From an uncultured Acidobacteriota bacterium (lineage in GTDB: Bacteria; Acidobacteriota; Terriglobia; UBA7540), in the NCBI GenBank assembly GCA_963804995.1, contig CAWDSK010000005.1:1056001-1120000 (forward strand): a stretch of DNA of 64,000 nucleotides, written 5' to 3'. The notes beneath the pieces were generated by a model. That model was given only the letters and a program-made list of their open reading frames with translations. It did no database searches and was not told the origin of the DNA. The translations under genes were made by a program, and so were the position numbers. This document shows positions 9,990 through 20,596 of this stretch, piece after piece. Numbering within the stretch: position 1 is the first letter of the stretch; the number at the start of each line of letters is the position of its first letter.

Positions 9990-10082
9990 TTATCGAGATT
10001 CGCGAATTCGCGAAGAGATTGCGGCTCTATGGTTCATGTGTCGAAGTGTTTTCAAGCGTTTAGCTTTGGCCTTCGTCTTGCC
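9990..10082 (+). promoter_or_regulatory. sigma54 promoter cassette 5
   Basis: TTCGCGAATTCGCGAA (9999-10014); IHF-like TTTCAAGCGTTTA 10050-10062; GG 10068-10069, GC 10080-10081; long similarity to the cassette 4 leader. Confidence 0.88.
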
Positions 10083-10173
10083 CAACCAAAAGGGGAGATC
10101 GAGGAGGACCGCCACAGGCCTGACAAACGTTCACGATCAAATCAATACGCCCGACACTGTGAGCAGAACAATT

Positions 10174-10262
10174 ATGGCAGAGCTGATGGTGATGGATTTC
10201 AAGCAAGACATATGGCGCGCATCGGAGGTGCTCAACCAGTTGCTGGAACTGAACGATGATGC
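10174..10262 (+). pseudogene. DUF1269-like N-terminal remnant
   Basis: MAELMVMDFKQDIWRASEVLNQLLELNDD resembles a DUF1269 N-terminus, then similarity stops. Confidence 0.5.
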
Positions 10263-10394
10263 GGGGGGGGACAGGCCAAGGGGGAGAAAGTTCTTTCCGC
10301 TGGTGCCAGGAGAGCGCGTTCATTTCTCGAGCGTGATCAGAACTTCCGGACTTTGGGCCCCGGAGATCCAACCCCTGACACGAAAGAAGCGGCC

Positions 10395-11531
10395 ATGACC
10401 GGAATCCTCAAGCTCGCCTACAAGCTACTCGTCAATGACAAGGCAAAGTTCTCGGCATTGCTGGTCGGCATCACGTTTGCCGTCTATCTCATGATGTTTG
10501 TTACCTCGATGTTCAGCGGGGTCATGAAGCACGCGTCCGCCAACATCATTAACATTGGAGCACCCCTGTGGGTCATGGACCCGTACGTTGAGACCGTGTC
10601 CAACTCAGTCGGCATGCCCGCATACGTCCTGGACGCGGTTCGCAGCATGCAAGGCGTGAAATATGCCGTTCCTCTTTATTCCGGAGGGGCGCTGGTCAAG
10701 CTTCGCGACGGAAACTATCAAACCGTGACTGTCATCGGGTTGGACGACACCAGCCTGTATGGCCGACCCGAACTCATTGCGGGAAAGATCCAGGATATTT
10801 ACGCGGAGAATGGATTCTTCGTGGTGCATGATGCGGAGTTTTCCAAGCTCGAGAATCCCCATATCGGCTCGGAGTTCGAGTTGAATGATAATCGTGGGGT
10901 CATCGTGGGGATCGCCAAGGTGGCGACTTCCGGCTTGTACGGCATCCCGACTCTGTACACGACGTATGAGCGAGCCATCCAATACATTCCTAATCCCCGG
11001 TTCACGATCTCGTACGTACTGGTTGAACCGAAGAGCGCGAGCGACATCCCCCGGATCAAAAAGCAAGTTGAGGCGCTCGGCTACCGCGCAAGAACCAAGG
11101 AAGAGTTTATGCAAAATACCGAGGACTTCTTCCTATACAAGACCGGCGGTGGCACCAACTTGCTCATTATGATGCTGATTAGCTTCACCGTCGGGCTGTC
11201 GCTCTCGGGTCAGACGTTTTACACGTTCATCCTGGAGAACCTGGAACGGTTCGGAGCGCTGAAGGCCATCGGCGCGAAGAGTCGCGACCTTATCGCTATG
11301 ATTCTATTTCAGGCCACGTTTACCGCATTCACCGGCTTTGGCCTGGGGATCGGGCTGTGTCTGCTCTTGATCATCTTCGCCAGGCTAAGGCTTCCCAGCT
11401 ACGCGGCCATGGTTACCTTCGGCAATCTAGCGATTTCGTTTGGAATGGTCGTGGTGATTGCCGCGGTCTCCAGCTATTTCGCGGTCCGACGGGTTCTCAG
11501 AATTGAGCCCTTCGATATTTTCCGAGGATGA
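10395..11531 (+). CDS. ABC exporter permease (MacB/FtsX/DevC-like)
   Basis: N-terminal TM, periplasmic domain, FGALKAIGA motif, 3 C-terminal TMs. Confidence 0.9.
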   Translation: MTGILKLAYKLLVNDKAKFSALLVGITFAVYLMMFVTSMFSGVMKHASANIINIGAPLWVMDPYVETVSNSVGMPAYVLDAVRSMQGVKYAVPLYSGGALVKLRDGNYQTVTVIGLDDTSLYGRPELIAGKIQDIYAENGFFVVHDAEFSKLENPHIGSEFELNDNRGVIVGIAKVATSGLYGIPTLYTTYERAIQYIPNPRFTISYVLVEPKSASDIPRIKKQVEALGYRARTKEEFMQNTEDFFLYKTGGGTNLLIMMLISFTVGLSLSGQTFYTFILENLERFGALKAIGAKSRDLIAMILFQATFTAFTGFGLGIGLCLLLIIFARLRLPSYAAMVTFGNLAISFGMVVVIAAVSSYFAVRRVLRIEPFDIFRG

Positions 11532-11532
11532 G

Positions 11533-12228
11533 ATGGAGAAAACAGCCATTCAGGCGAACGGACTGGTCAAGTGGTTTGGCGAAGGTGAGGCCAAGACCAT
11601 GGCCCTCCGCGAAGTCAGCCTGGAAGCTCAATTCGGGGAGATGGTTTATGTCGTGGGGCCCTCCGGGAGCGGGAAAACGACCTTGCTCAGCGTTCTCACC
11701 GGCATCCTCAAACCGAATGCTGGCAAGGTCTTGTTGGATGGGACCGACATTTGGGGATTGAATTCCGACCAGCTTGCAGATTTCCGCCTGGGGAGAATCG
11801 GTTTCGTATTTCAGGACTACCACCTCTTCCCCCGCCTGACCACTGCGGAGAATGCAGCGATTCCGCTGATCCTCAAGCGAAAGCCGTGGAATGAAGCCGT
11901 CCACGAAGCAGAGAAGTACCTCGATATCGTGGGACTGAAGAGTCGTGCCGAATTGCCTCCCGTGAAGTTGAGCGGAGGAGAGCAGCAGCGCGTGGCCATC
12001 GCCCGGGCCATGGCCAGCCAGCCGGATATTCTGATTATGGATGAACCGACTGCCTCGTTGGATGGAGACACGGGCGTATCGATTTTGAGTTTCGTCCAGA
12101 AAAACGTCCTCAACCAGGATCGCTGCATTATCGTCGTGACCCACGATGACCGGATTTATCCGTTCGCGACACGGATCTTGAACATGGAAGACGGTCGCCT
12201 GAAGAGGTCAGAAAAGAGTACGGCATGA
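11533..12228 (+). CDS. ABC exporter ATP-binding subunit (LolD/DevA-like)
   Basis: [30 protein letters not shown]. Confidence 0.95.
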   Translation: MEKTAIQANGLVKWFGEGEAKTMALREVSLEAQFGEMVYVVGPSGSGKTTLLSVLTGILKPNAGKVLLDGTDIWGLNSDQLADFRLGRIGFVFQDYHLFPRLTTAENAAIPLILKRKPWNEAVHEAEKYLDIVGLKSRAELPPVKLSGGEQQRVAIARAMASQPDILIMDEPTASLDGDTGVSILSFVQKNVLNQDRCIIVVTHDDRIYPFATRILNMEDGRLKRSEKSTA

Positions 12229-13307
12229 AAAATAAGATGATTTTCATCATCTCCTTCATAGGAGCCCTCGGGGGGATTGCAGCCGCAATCCTCTCCGGCA
12301 TTACGGAACCTCCGCTGCCTCCGGCCTACAATCCCGCGGCGAGTCCCTATTCGAACGCCATCTATGCCGAAGGCATTGTGGAGAGCGCACAAACCAGCGG
12401 GGTGAATAGCAACATCTATCCGGAAGTGGCGGGCACGGTCAAAGAAATCCTCGTTTCGGAAGGTCAGCAAGTCAAAGCGGGCCAGCCCCTGCTCCGGATT
12501 GACGATTCGATCCAAAGAGCGACGGCGGAGCAGCAGGGTTCATCGGCCGAGGCTGCCGCGGCGCTCCTGCGAGAACTGAAAGCGGAGCCGAGAAAAGAAA
12601 CCCTCGATGTCGCCGACGCGCAAGTGGTCGCTGCCGAAGCCTCCTTGAAAACCGCCCAGGACACGCTGCAGAAAGATCAAGCGGCTTATGAGGCTGATCC
12701 ACGTTCGGTGAGCAAAGATGCGTTAGACAGTGCCCTCAATGCCGCCGCCGTGGCGAAAGCGAATCTTATAGTTGCCAAAAAGCAGGACGATTTGATCAAG
12801 GCGGGAGCTTGGGTCTACGACATTCAAAATCAGGAACGACAGCAGCACGCATTGGCGAAGGCCTATGCGGCCTCCAGCGCGCTGCTCGGCAAGTATACCT
12901 TGCGAGCACCGCGGGATGGCGTTGTGCTCGCCATCAACACCATCGTCGGGAACTATGTATCCCCACAGGGGTCCTATGACTCCTACACGCAGGGCGCGGA
13001 TCCCGTTATTACCTTGGGGAGTCTGCCGTCCTCTCTCCATGTGCGCTGCTACGTCGATGGAATTCTGGTTCCGAGATTGCGTTTAGGCTCCAAAATGATG
13101 GCGCAAATGTCCATTCGCGGGTCGGATGTCAAGATTCCTTTGGAATTCGTGAGAGTGCAGCCGTATGTGTCACCGAAAATTGAGCTCTCGAATCAACGTC
13201 AGGAGCGCGTGGATGTCCGCGTTCTGCCCGTGATTTTCAAGATCGGGCAGCGCGCGAATGTGAATCTCTATCCCGGTGAGCTGGTGGATGTCTACATCAG
13301 CGAATGA
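12225..13307 (+). CDS. HlyD/membrane fusion periplasmic adaptor
   Basis: Lipoyl halves GTVKEILVSEGQQVKAGQPL and LRAPRDGVV; ERVDVRVLPVIF. Confidence 0.92.
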   Translation: MKNKMIFIISFIGALGGIAAAILSGITEPPLPPAYNPAASPYSNAIYAEGIVESAQTSGVNSNIYPEVAGTVKEILVSEGQQVKAGQPLLRIDDSIQRATAEQQGSSAEAAAALLRELKAEPRKETLDVADAQVVAAEASLKTAQDTLQKDQAAYEADPRSVSKDALDSALNAAAVAKANLIVAKKQDDLIKAGAWVYDIQNQERQQHALAKAYAASSALLGKYTLRAPRDGVVLAINTIVGNYVSPQGSYDSYTQGADPVITLGSLPSSLHVRCYVDGILVPRLRLGSKMMAQMSIRGSDVKIPLEFVRVQPYVSPKIELSNQRQERVDVRVLPVIFKIGQRANVNLYPGELVDVYISE

Positions 13308-14440
13308 GACCAGACAAGGCAGCGGCCGATTACCCGATTTCCTCGCTAAAGCCGGACGGCCGCGGGGGAAGGTCGAACCTCCACGCCAAGAGACCGATTG
13401 AGAGAGGGACACTACATGGAACGCTACATGAGGATGGGTCAGACTGCTTTGGTAGTCGCGCTCGCCGCGATTTTCCTGCTGGCTACGGGTTGCAGCGTTG
13501 GCCCCAAGTATGTGCGTCCACCGGTCCAGAGCCCGCCGGCCTACAAGGAGATTTCGCGGGGCGCGGCGAACGGATCGGAAATCTGGCGCGCGACTCAGCC
13601 GCGAGACGGCACAAACCGGGGGAACTGGTGGAAGGTCTTCAACGATCCGCAATTGGACGAACTGGAAGTGAAGGCGAGTTCTTCCAACCAGGAAATCGCC
13701 GCGGCGGCAGCCAACTTTCTGGCGGCGCGGGCGCTGGTTCGGGAAGCTCGCTCGCAGTATTTCCCGACCGTCACCGCCAATCCGAGCATCCTCAATTCAC
13801 GGCCCTCGCCAGGACAATTCGGCGGGCTTCAGGCGGGAATGGCCGCGGGGGCCGGGTTGACCGTCAAATCGTACACCGACTATTCGCTGCCTTTTGATGC
13901 CTCATGGGAACCCGATTTCTGGGGACGCGTTCGGAACAGCATGCGGGCCAATGCTTATGCGGCACAGGCTAGCGCCGCGGATCTTCAGAACGTTCGCCTG
14001 AGCGTACAGGCGGAGCTCGCGGCCGATTATTATGAGCTACGCGCCCAGGACGCGCTGAAAGAGCTGTTTGATTCTACCGTCGTTGCCTATCAGGATGCCC
14101 TCAGTCTCACGCGGGCCCAGTACAAGGCGGGCCTCAACTCCGATGAAGCGGTGGCACAGGCTGAGGCTCAGCTAAAATCTGCACAAGCTCAGGACACGAA
14201 CCTGGGAATCCTGCGCGCCCAGTATGAACACGCTATCTCCGTGCTGATTGGCCAACCTGCCTCAACATTCTCCCTGCCGCCGAACGCTTTGGCGGCAAAT
14301 TCGCCCGCAATTCCGGCAGGGATTCCGTCTGAGCTTCTTGAAAGACGCCCGGACATTGCGGCGGCGGAGCGTTCCGTCGCCCAGGCGAACGCGCAAATTG
14401 GGGTGGCTAAAGCTGCCTATTTCCCGGCGATCCTGCTTAG

Positions 14441-16456
14441 CCGAACTTTCGCACTTCAGGGTGTTGAGTTGGGTTAACTCGCTTCTTTTCAGTACAGGCA
14501 TTGCCAAGGTCTGGCCTACAAACGCAGCATTCCAGCAGGAAAGATTTCCGGCTGGACCGTGATCCTGGGCGGTGGCTGAGTGGGGAGCACGAGCTGCAGT
14601 TCGTGCAACAGGAGCTTTTGTTCGGGTGTCGGCTCGGTGTAGCGGGGCATCACTAATCGGCGCCCATCCGTGGTCGGGAAAGACACATCGAGCATCTGCA
14701 TGCCCGCCAGCTTCTCCAGCACCGCTTTCGGCGTCAGGCCCGGAGCGTGGGCCTGCAGACGCTGTTTCAGCGTCACCCACAAGCCGTACGCCAGAAAGGC
14801 AATGAGGATGTGGGCCTCGACGCGATGTTCTATTTGATGATAAATCGGCCGAATTCCCAGCTCACTCTTCAAACACTTAAAGGCCGCTTCGATCTGCGCC
14901 AGTTGCATGTAGCGGTCCCACAACACCTCGGGATTTTCCCCCGTCAGATTGGTGCGCAACAGATAATGTCCATCGCGCCGCTCCGCTTCCTCCAACTTGC
15001 TGCGCTCGAGCCGGAACTGGAAGGTCTGGCGAGTCACTTCTTCCTGGGCCTTGGGCACGCTGATCTTCACGAAACCGAAGGCCCGTCCGGCTTCACTCTT
15101 GGCTGCTCCGATCTTCATCAGCAACGCATCACGCGTCGGACACACGCGCCGCAAGGCCCGCAGCCTCCACAACAGCCGTGCCAGCTTGCGTCGACGGATG
15201 GCCATCTCTTTCGCCTGGCGGCCTGCGCTCTTCGCCAGCACATACAACTCGCCTTCCTCCGCGAACAGTTTCACCTCTACCGACTCGCGCACCTTCCGCC
15301 ACGGCAGTTCCGTCCACTTCGCTTCGTACTGCCGGATCTTGCCCCGTGGCGTCCCCACCAGGTAAAACATCTCCCGCCCCGGGGTGCGCATCTCCGCCAG
15401 CAGTTCTTCACTGGGAACTCCCCGATCCATCATCCACACCCGCCGTGCCTTGCCGTACACGCTCTCGATCTTGTCCAGAAAACCGCGCAAGCTGTTCCGG
15501 TCGGAAGTATTCCCCTCCATCACTTCGTAGGCCAGCGGGAAACCTTCCGGCGTCAGCACCAGGGCGATCACCACCTGCCGACAGTCGAACCGCCCGTCCC
15601 GGCTGTAACCGTGGCGGGCTTTGGGAATCGCTTCCGCCTCTCCTTCCACATAGGTGCTGGTGAGATCGTAGAGGAGCAGATCAAAGCGCGCCGCAAAGAG
15701 GTCTTGCCACCGCAGCCGCAGGTGCTGGAACAACTCCGCCTTGTGCGCCAGTATTCGATCCAGACAACGATAGAGCCGGTCCTTCTCGGCCACCGCGAAG
15801 TTCACTGCCAGCAACTCGGCCATGGCGGTCTGATCGAACCAGTGCCGATGCACACGGAATTCGCTGCCCGGCTCGATCAACCGGTTCACCACCAGCAGCC
15901 GTAGCACCTTCTCCCACGGAACTCCCTCGCGCCCTTCCGGCAACCTCGCCTGCCAGAACTCGTCCAGCTTCAACTGGCGCCACAGCTCGCAGCCCAACCA
16001 ACAGCCACCGAAGGTGCGCGGCCGCTCAACGCGCATTTCACTCAACTTCACTTGTACGCCGTCCACAGCATCCGCAGGAAGTTCGCGGTCCTCCGGGAAG
16101 AGGCTCAGGGACGCGAGGACGCGACGGTCCTCGTCAAAAACCTCCAGCGTCTTGCGCCACGCGGATTGTTGGCTGTCGTTGATTTCGCCCAGATACAGCA
16201 CCGTCCGATGCACGACCTTCGAGCGCGACACGCGCCGACTCTCGAACGATGCTGAAATAACGATGTTCCTTGCCGTCCTTTTTGCGTCGATGAATCTTCA
16301 GGTGCACGCCCCAGAATGCCAGACCTTCGCGCCCCAGAAAAGAGGGTAGGTCGGGCCTACAAGCACTCTTCAACCCGCGCCCATTGAAGGCAAAGACCTT
16401 GTGCACCGCAAGCTGCCAAAATCAGCCCGGTAGCGGGTGGAAGTGCGAAAGGCAGG
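14441..16456 (-). mobile_element. IS1634-family insertion sequence, 2016 bp
   Basis: Terminal IRs CCgaaCTTTCGCACTTC / GAAGTGCGAAAGgcaGG (14/17); 4-bp target duplication TTAG at 14437-14440 and 16457-16460. Confidence 0.92.
14516..16307 (-). CDS. IS1634-family DDE transposase (GTG start; +1 frameshift near 16245)
   Basis: HLKIHRRKKDGKEHRYFSIV N-terminus, YDLTSTYVEG, GYSRDGR, MDRG, IEAAFKCLKSELGIRPIYH. Confidence 0.9.
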
Positions 16457-17105
16457 TTAGCGCCTCCGGGGGATTCGGAAATTCGTCGGCCGCTAACTGG
16501 CTTACCTGGCCAAGCCGCTTTTGGTCAGTGGGTCCCAGTCTCGTCGAAACCATTTTTGACGCCGGATTGCGCAAAGCGACCGTCCAGCAGTACCGCGCCA
16601 CCTACGACCAAACCGTGGCCAACTATCAGCAAACCGTACTAACGGCGTTTCAGCAGGTCGAGGACAACCTCGCGGCCCTCCGAATATTGTCGCAAGGATA
16701 TCGACCAACAGGATGCCGCCGTGCAAGCGGCCGCGCGGAGCCTTCAGGAAGCTGAGGTCCGGTACAAGGCCGGCCTCGATCCTTATCTGAATGTGATCTC
16801 GGCCCAAACCGTTTTGCTGACCGACCAGCAAGTGAAGGTGAATTTTCGCATGCAACAAATGGTGGCGAGCGTTCAGTTGATCAAAGCGCTGGGCGGCGGA
16901 TGGGATTCCTCGCAGATTCCCTCTGAGAAAGAAGTGGGAAGCAAGGCCCAGGATGGACTGAGTGCCAGACGCTAAACCGTTCGCTAACGCTGGGACAGGG
17001 GGTGCGAACTGAACACACCCTGTGTCCGGTCGACACTTCGAAATTGTCGGCGAAGGCTTACCGCTAGCTTCCCAAACACATTTTCGCTGATTGCCACGGG
17101 CCATT

Positions 17106-17198
17106 TTCACGAACTTCGCGAATTCGTGAAGGAATTGTGACCTCCTGATCCGTATACCCCAACGTTTTCAATGGGTTACATGTGGCCTTTGCATTGCA
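17106..17198 (+). promoter_or_regulatory. sigma54 promoter cassette 6
   Basis: TTCACGAA-c-TTCGCGAATTCGTGAA (17115-17130); IHF-like TTTCAATGGGTTA 17166-17178; GG 17184-17185, GC 17196-17197. Confidence 0.9.
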
Positions 17199-17264
17199 CT
17201 ATCACAGGATGTGGTTGCAAAACAATCGCACCGGAAAGCAAATGGAAAATCCAGGGAGGTTCGC

Positions 17265-17510
17265 ATGAGCGTCGTTACCAACGTGGCAAGGCAGGCAATC
17301 CGCGATAAGTTCGCGGCCGAAATCAAGACCGTCGAGGCAAAGCTGGAGACACTCAAAGCAGAAGCCGAGACCGCAAAAGCCGACATCGAGATCAAGGCGA
17401 TCACAGAACTACTGGCCAAGCAGCGCGAGATCCTCCACAAACTACTGGGACCGAGGAAGTAGAACGGCGCCCGTGGGAGCTGGCGAAAGCTGATCTCGAA
17501 CCTTGGGACT
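17265..17510 (+). pseudogene. small coiled-coil protein, disrupted
   Basis: GGAGG RBS; AKLETLKAEAETAKADIEI helix stops at 17462; PWELAKADLE continues in another frame. Confidence 0.55.
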
Positions 17511-17555
17511 GCTTGCTGTTCAGTGGAATCACCGTCCGATGAATTGGAGGGCATC

Positions 17556-18173
17556 ATGAACATGAACATCTCTGAAATTGCGTCGCGGATCGCCATGTTG
17601 GAAGGGGAACTCGAACGTCAAATTGAGCTGGACATTGAGGAGAAGCGTCGCAAACTCCGCTACAGCATCGAGAAGGGCAAGATTACCTTTGAGTCCGAGA
17701 CATCTGCGCTCCACAAGAAGCTGCATCAGGGCGTAGTGGCCTTTCTTTGGGAAGCGCCCGTGGCGAGCTTGCTGGTTGCCCCGATGATCTATTCGCTGAT
17801 CGTCCCACTTTTCCTGTTGGACCTCTGGGTCCAGTTGTACCAGGCGGTGTGCTTCCCTGTATACCGGATTGCCAAGGTGGACCGCTCGCGCTACGTGTTG
17901 CTTGACCGGGGTCATCTCCAGTACCTCAACTGGATCGAGCGGCTCAACTGCAACTACTGCGGCTACGCCAACGGATTGGTCGCTTACGCGCGGGAGATCG
18001 CCGCCCGCACGGAACAGTACTTTTGCCCGATCAAACACGCCTTCCGCTGTTCCGGAGCGCACTTACACTACGACGAGTTTTTCGACTTCGGCGACGCTCG
18101 TGCCTACAAGGAGGATTTGGCCAAGCTCCGAGCGGAGTTGCGGCCTGAAGAGGTAGACAGCTCGAAGACTTGA
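17556..18173 (+). CDS. hypothetical membrane protein with CxxC and CPIKH motifs
   Basis: GGAGG RBS; one hydrophobic segment; NCNYCGYANG...RTEQYFCPIKH. Confidence 0.8.
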   Translation: MNMNISEIASRIAMLEGELERQIELDIEEKRRKLRYSIEKGKITFESETSALHKKLHQGVVAFLWEAPVASLLVAPMIYSLIVPLFLLDLWVQLYQAVCFPVYRIAKVDRSRYVLLDRGHLQYLNWIERLNCNYCGYANGLVAYAREIAARTEQYFCPIKHAFRCSGAHLHYDEFFDFGDARAYKEDLAKLRAELRPEEVDSSKT

Positions 18174-18310
18174 GCGTTCGAGAACTCAACTAGCTGGCAG
18201 GCAAGTTACTCATTGGTGCTCAGTAGCAGTCTCGTTGTAAACCCAGCCAATACCACAGCTTTTTTGTTGGCCGCCCCTGGGGAGCCGCCCAGAACTCACG
18301 GAAAGGAGAG

Positions 18311-18874
18311 ATGAAAATGTTAGGTCAGATCGATGTGATGGTAATTCAAGTTACCCAGGAGATGATTCACAACTGGGGATGGTTTCTCGCGTTCGGCATC
18401 GCGTTGATGCTGCTTGGCATCACCGCCGTCATTCGGTCGGTCACCGCCACGGTGGCCTCGATGCTGTTTTTGGGATGGTTGATGGTGTTTGCAAGCATCA
18501 TCGACCTGGTCAATGCGTTCATGGTGGGGAAGTGGGCAGGGTTTTTCCTGCACCTGCTGCTCGCGATTCTCTTCGGAATAACCGGGGTAATATTCCTGAC
18601 CCATCCTACGATTAGCGCCGAAGTTGCGACCTTGATCATGTCCATGTTCTTTCTGCTCGCCGGACTGTATCAGTTGGTGCTGGCATTGTGGACTCACCTG
18701 CCGGGCTACGGTTGGCATGCCTTGAACGGAGTCATCACCACGGTTCTGGGATTTCTCCTGCTGGCGCAATGGCCGCTCTCGGGGCTTTATGCGATCGGTC
18801 TTTTCGTGGGGATTGACCTGATTCTTTACGGTTGGGTCTGGGCCGCTCTGGCACTTGACCTGCGCAAAATGTGA
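18311..18874 (+). CDS. hdeD: HdeD/DUF308 family membrane protein, second copy
   Basis: WGWFLAFGIALMLLG, QWPLSGLYAIGLFVGIDLI. Confidence 0.88.
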   Translation: MKMLGQIDVMVIQVTQEMIHNWGWFLAFGIALMLLGITAVIRSVTATVASMLFLGWLMVFASIIDLVNAFMVGKWAGFFLHLLLAILFGITGVIFLTHPTISAEVATLIMSMFFLLAGLYQLVLALWTHLPGYGWHALNGVITTVLGFLLLAQWPLSGLYAIGLFVGIDLILYGWVWAALALDLRKM

Positions 18875-18961
18875 GCGCTGGGAATAACGGCGGCCGGGGG
18901 ACAGTAATCAAAAGCCCGACCGGCCACAACTCAAAAATGCAAGCACAAAAGGAGAACAGCA

Positions 18962-19561
18962 GTGTCAGGAAAACTAAGAAATGAGCATCACCTGGAAAAA
19001 GTCAGTGCACAACCTTATTTCCATCAAGCGGCGCGCGAGATTCAGCCTTACGGAACGGTGAGTCACTTGCTGCCACTCGGACTTGAGGAGCCTGTTCGTC
19101 TGGAAATGACCGAGCAACTCAACCTCTTGCTTGCCGATACCATGACTCTCCGCGACCTGTACAAGAAATCCCATTGGCAAGTGGCGGGTCCCACTTTCTA
19201 TCAGCTCCATCTGCTCTTTGACAAGCATTATGGCGAGCAAGCGGAACTTGTCGACGCCATCGCTGAGCGGGTTCAGTTGCTTGGGGGAGTCAGCATTGCC
19301 ATGGCCGCCGACGTTGCGGAGACCACACGAATCACGCGCCCTCCGCGCGGTCGGGAGGAAGTACCTGTGCAAATATCCCGGTTGCTGGATGCGCACCAGG
19401 TCATCATTCTTGCAACCCGAGAACTGGCACGGCGCGCCAGTCAAATTGGCGACGATGGGAGCAATGATTTCCTGATCAGCGAGGTCCTGCGCACCAACGA
19501 GTTGCAGGTTTGGTTTCTGAGCGAGCACCTCGTGAGGGAGCCACTGGCGGAGCCGAAGTAA
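18962..19561 (+). CDS. dps: Dps family DNA-protecting ferritin-like protein
   Basis: KKSHWQVAGPTFYQLHLLFD, DAIAERVQLLGG ferroxidase motifs. Confidence 0.93.
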   Translation: MSGKLRNEHHLEKVSAQPYFHQAAREIQPYGTVSHLLPLGLEEPVRLEMTEQLNLLLADTMTLRDLYKKSHWQVAGPTFYQLHLLFDKHYGEQAELVDAIAERVQLLGGVSIAMAADVAETTRITRPPRGREEVPVQISRLLDAHQVIILATRELARRASQIGDDGSNDFLISEVLRTNELQVWFLSEHLVREPLAEPK

Positions 19562-19606
19562 TTATTGTCCGGTGCCTGCGCGGCCTGGTAAGCGGGCGCC
19601 ACAAAA

Positions 19607-20008
19607 ATGCCAAACGGGGAGCTGGAGATGAAGTCTACCCAAGACCCTGCATTGCCGGAAAAGACAGGCGCCATATCAAATGGGGCGCGCGGATGGACCT
19701 CCGTATTGGACGACAGCGCATTGCCGGAGGGACAGATGGCGCCAGTCTATCCGCTGGGAGTGAATGTCCTACTGACGCGTGTCGGCGGTGCGGTCTTCGC
19801 GGTTTCAGGCAAGTGCGTGCACATGGCGTGTCCACTGTTCATGGGAAGGCCGGAAGGGTACACAATCGTTTGTCCATGCCATGACTGGCGTTTCGATGTT
19901 CGAACCGGCAAGTTTCTCGATGCGCCGGAACTTGGCCTCACTGTGTATCCCACAAAGCTCGAAGCGGGCAAACTGCTCGTTAGCCTCGGTGGAAAGGATA
20001 TGGCATGA
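19607..20008 (+). CDS. Rieske [2Fe-2S] ferredoxin-like protein A
   Basis: CVH...CPCH ligands, WRFDVRTG; start may be 19628. Confidence 0.9.
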   Translation: MPNGELEMKSTQDPALPEKTGAISNGARGWTSVLDDSALPEGQMAPVYPLGVNVLLTRVGGAVFAVSGKCVHMACPLFMGRPEGYTIVCPCHDWRFDVRTGKFLDAPELGLTVYPTKLEAGKLLVSLGGKDMA

Positions 20009-20250
20009 AAAAGGTCACTCTCTATACTCTCTCAACCTGTCCCTGGTGCCGCAAGGCGAGGAAGTTTTTCGCTGAACGAAATATCCCGTTCACTTACATC
20101 GACTACGATCTTGCCGACGATGCGACCCAGGGAACAATTTTGCAGGAGCTCGATGCCGCCGGCGCCACGGGCTTCCCGTTCGCCAAGATCGGCGATGAGG
20201 TCATCTCGGGCTATCGGCCGGATCTCTATGCGAGTGCGCTCAAATCATAG
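20005..20250 (+). CDS. glutaredoxin/NrdH-like redoxin
   Basis: YTLSTCPWC, GFP (cis-Pro position), ISGY. Confidence 0.92.
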   Translation: MKKVTLYTLSTCPWCRKARKFFAERNIPFTYIDYDLADDATQGTILQELDAAGATGFPFAKIGDEVISGYRPDLYASALKS

Positions 20251-20260
20251 GAGGCGTTGA

Positions 20261-20596
20261 ATGGAAGCCGAATCAAGGAAAAAGGCGCTCCACTATTTCT
20301 CCGCCAAGGTCGTCGAGCCGTTGGGCTTCAAGTTCACGCCCGACGCGGAGTTGGTGGATTTTCTGCTCGAACAAGAGGTGACACTGGAGGGCAAGCACGG
20401 CATCCCATTTTGCCCCTGCCAGCCGATCCGCCACGACCGAGCTCGCGACATGCAGATCGTTTGCCCCTGCATCCCCTTCCACCGGGAACATTTCGACGCT
20501 ATGAAACGCTGTTGGTGCGGCCTGTTCGTGCACAAGGATGTCACTGACCCGGACAGCCTCCCCCAACTTTCACCAAAGGACGTGGGCCGTGAGTGA
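20261..20596 (+). CDS. ferredoxin:thioredoxin reductase catalytic-subunit-like protein
   Basis: CPC...CPC...CWC-GLFV pattern of FTR catalytic chains. Confidence 0.88.
   Translation: MEAESRKKALHYFSAKVVEPLGFKFTPDAELVDFLLEQEVTLEGKHGIPFCPCQPIRHDRARDMQIVCPCIPFHREHFDAMKRCWCGLFVHKDVTDPDSLPQLSPKDVGRE

Larger units (their letters stand above)
13416..16975 (+). pseudogene. NodT/OprM-type outer membrane factor lipoprotein interrupted by IS1634; join(13416..14440,16461..16975) with a further +1 shift near 16696
   Basis: Lipobox LATGC, WEPDFWGR, LLERRPDIAAAE; removing the IS restores AILL-SASGGFGNS; C-terminal QLIKALGGGW. Confidence 0.92.

Noticed and set aside
16993..17027. Hairpin after the OMF gene as an intrinsic terminator
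   Set aside because: Stem has mismatches and no U-tract follows
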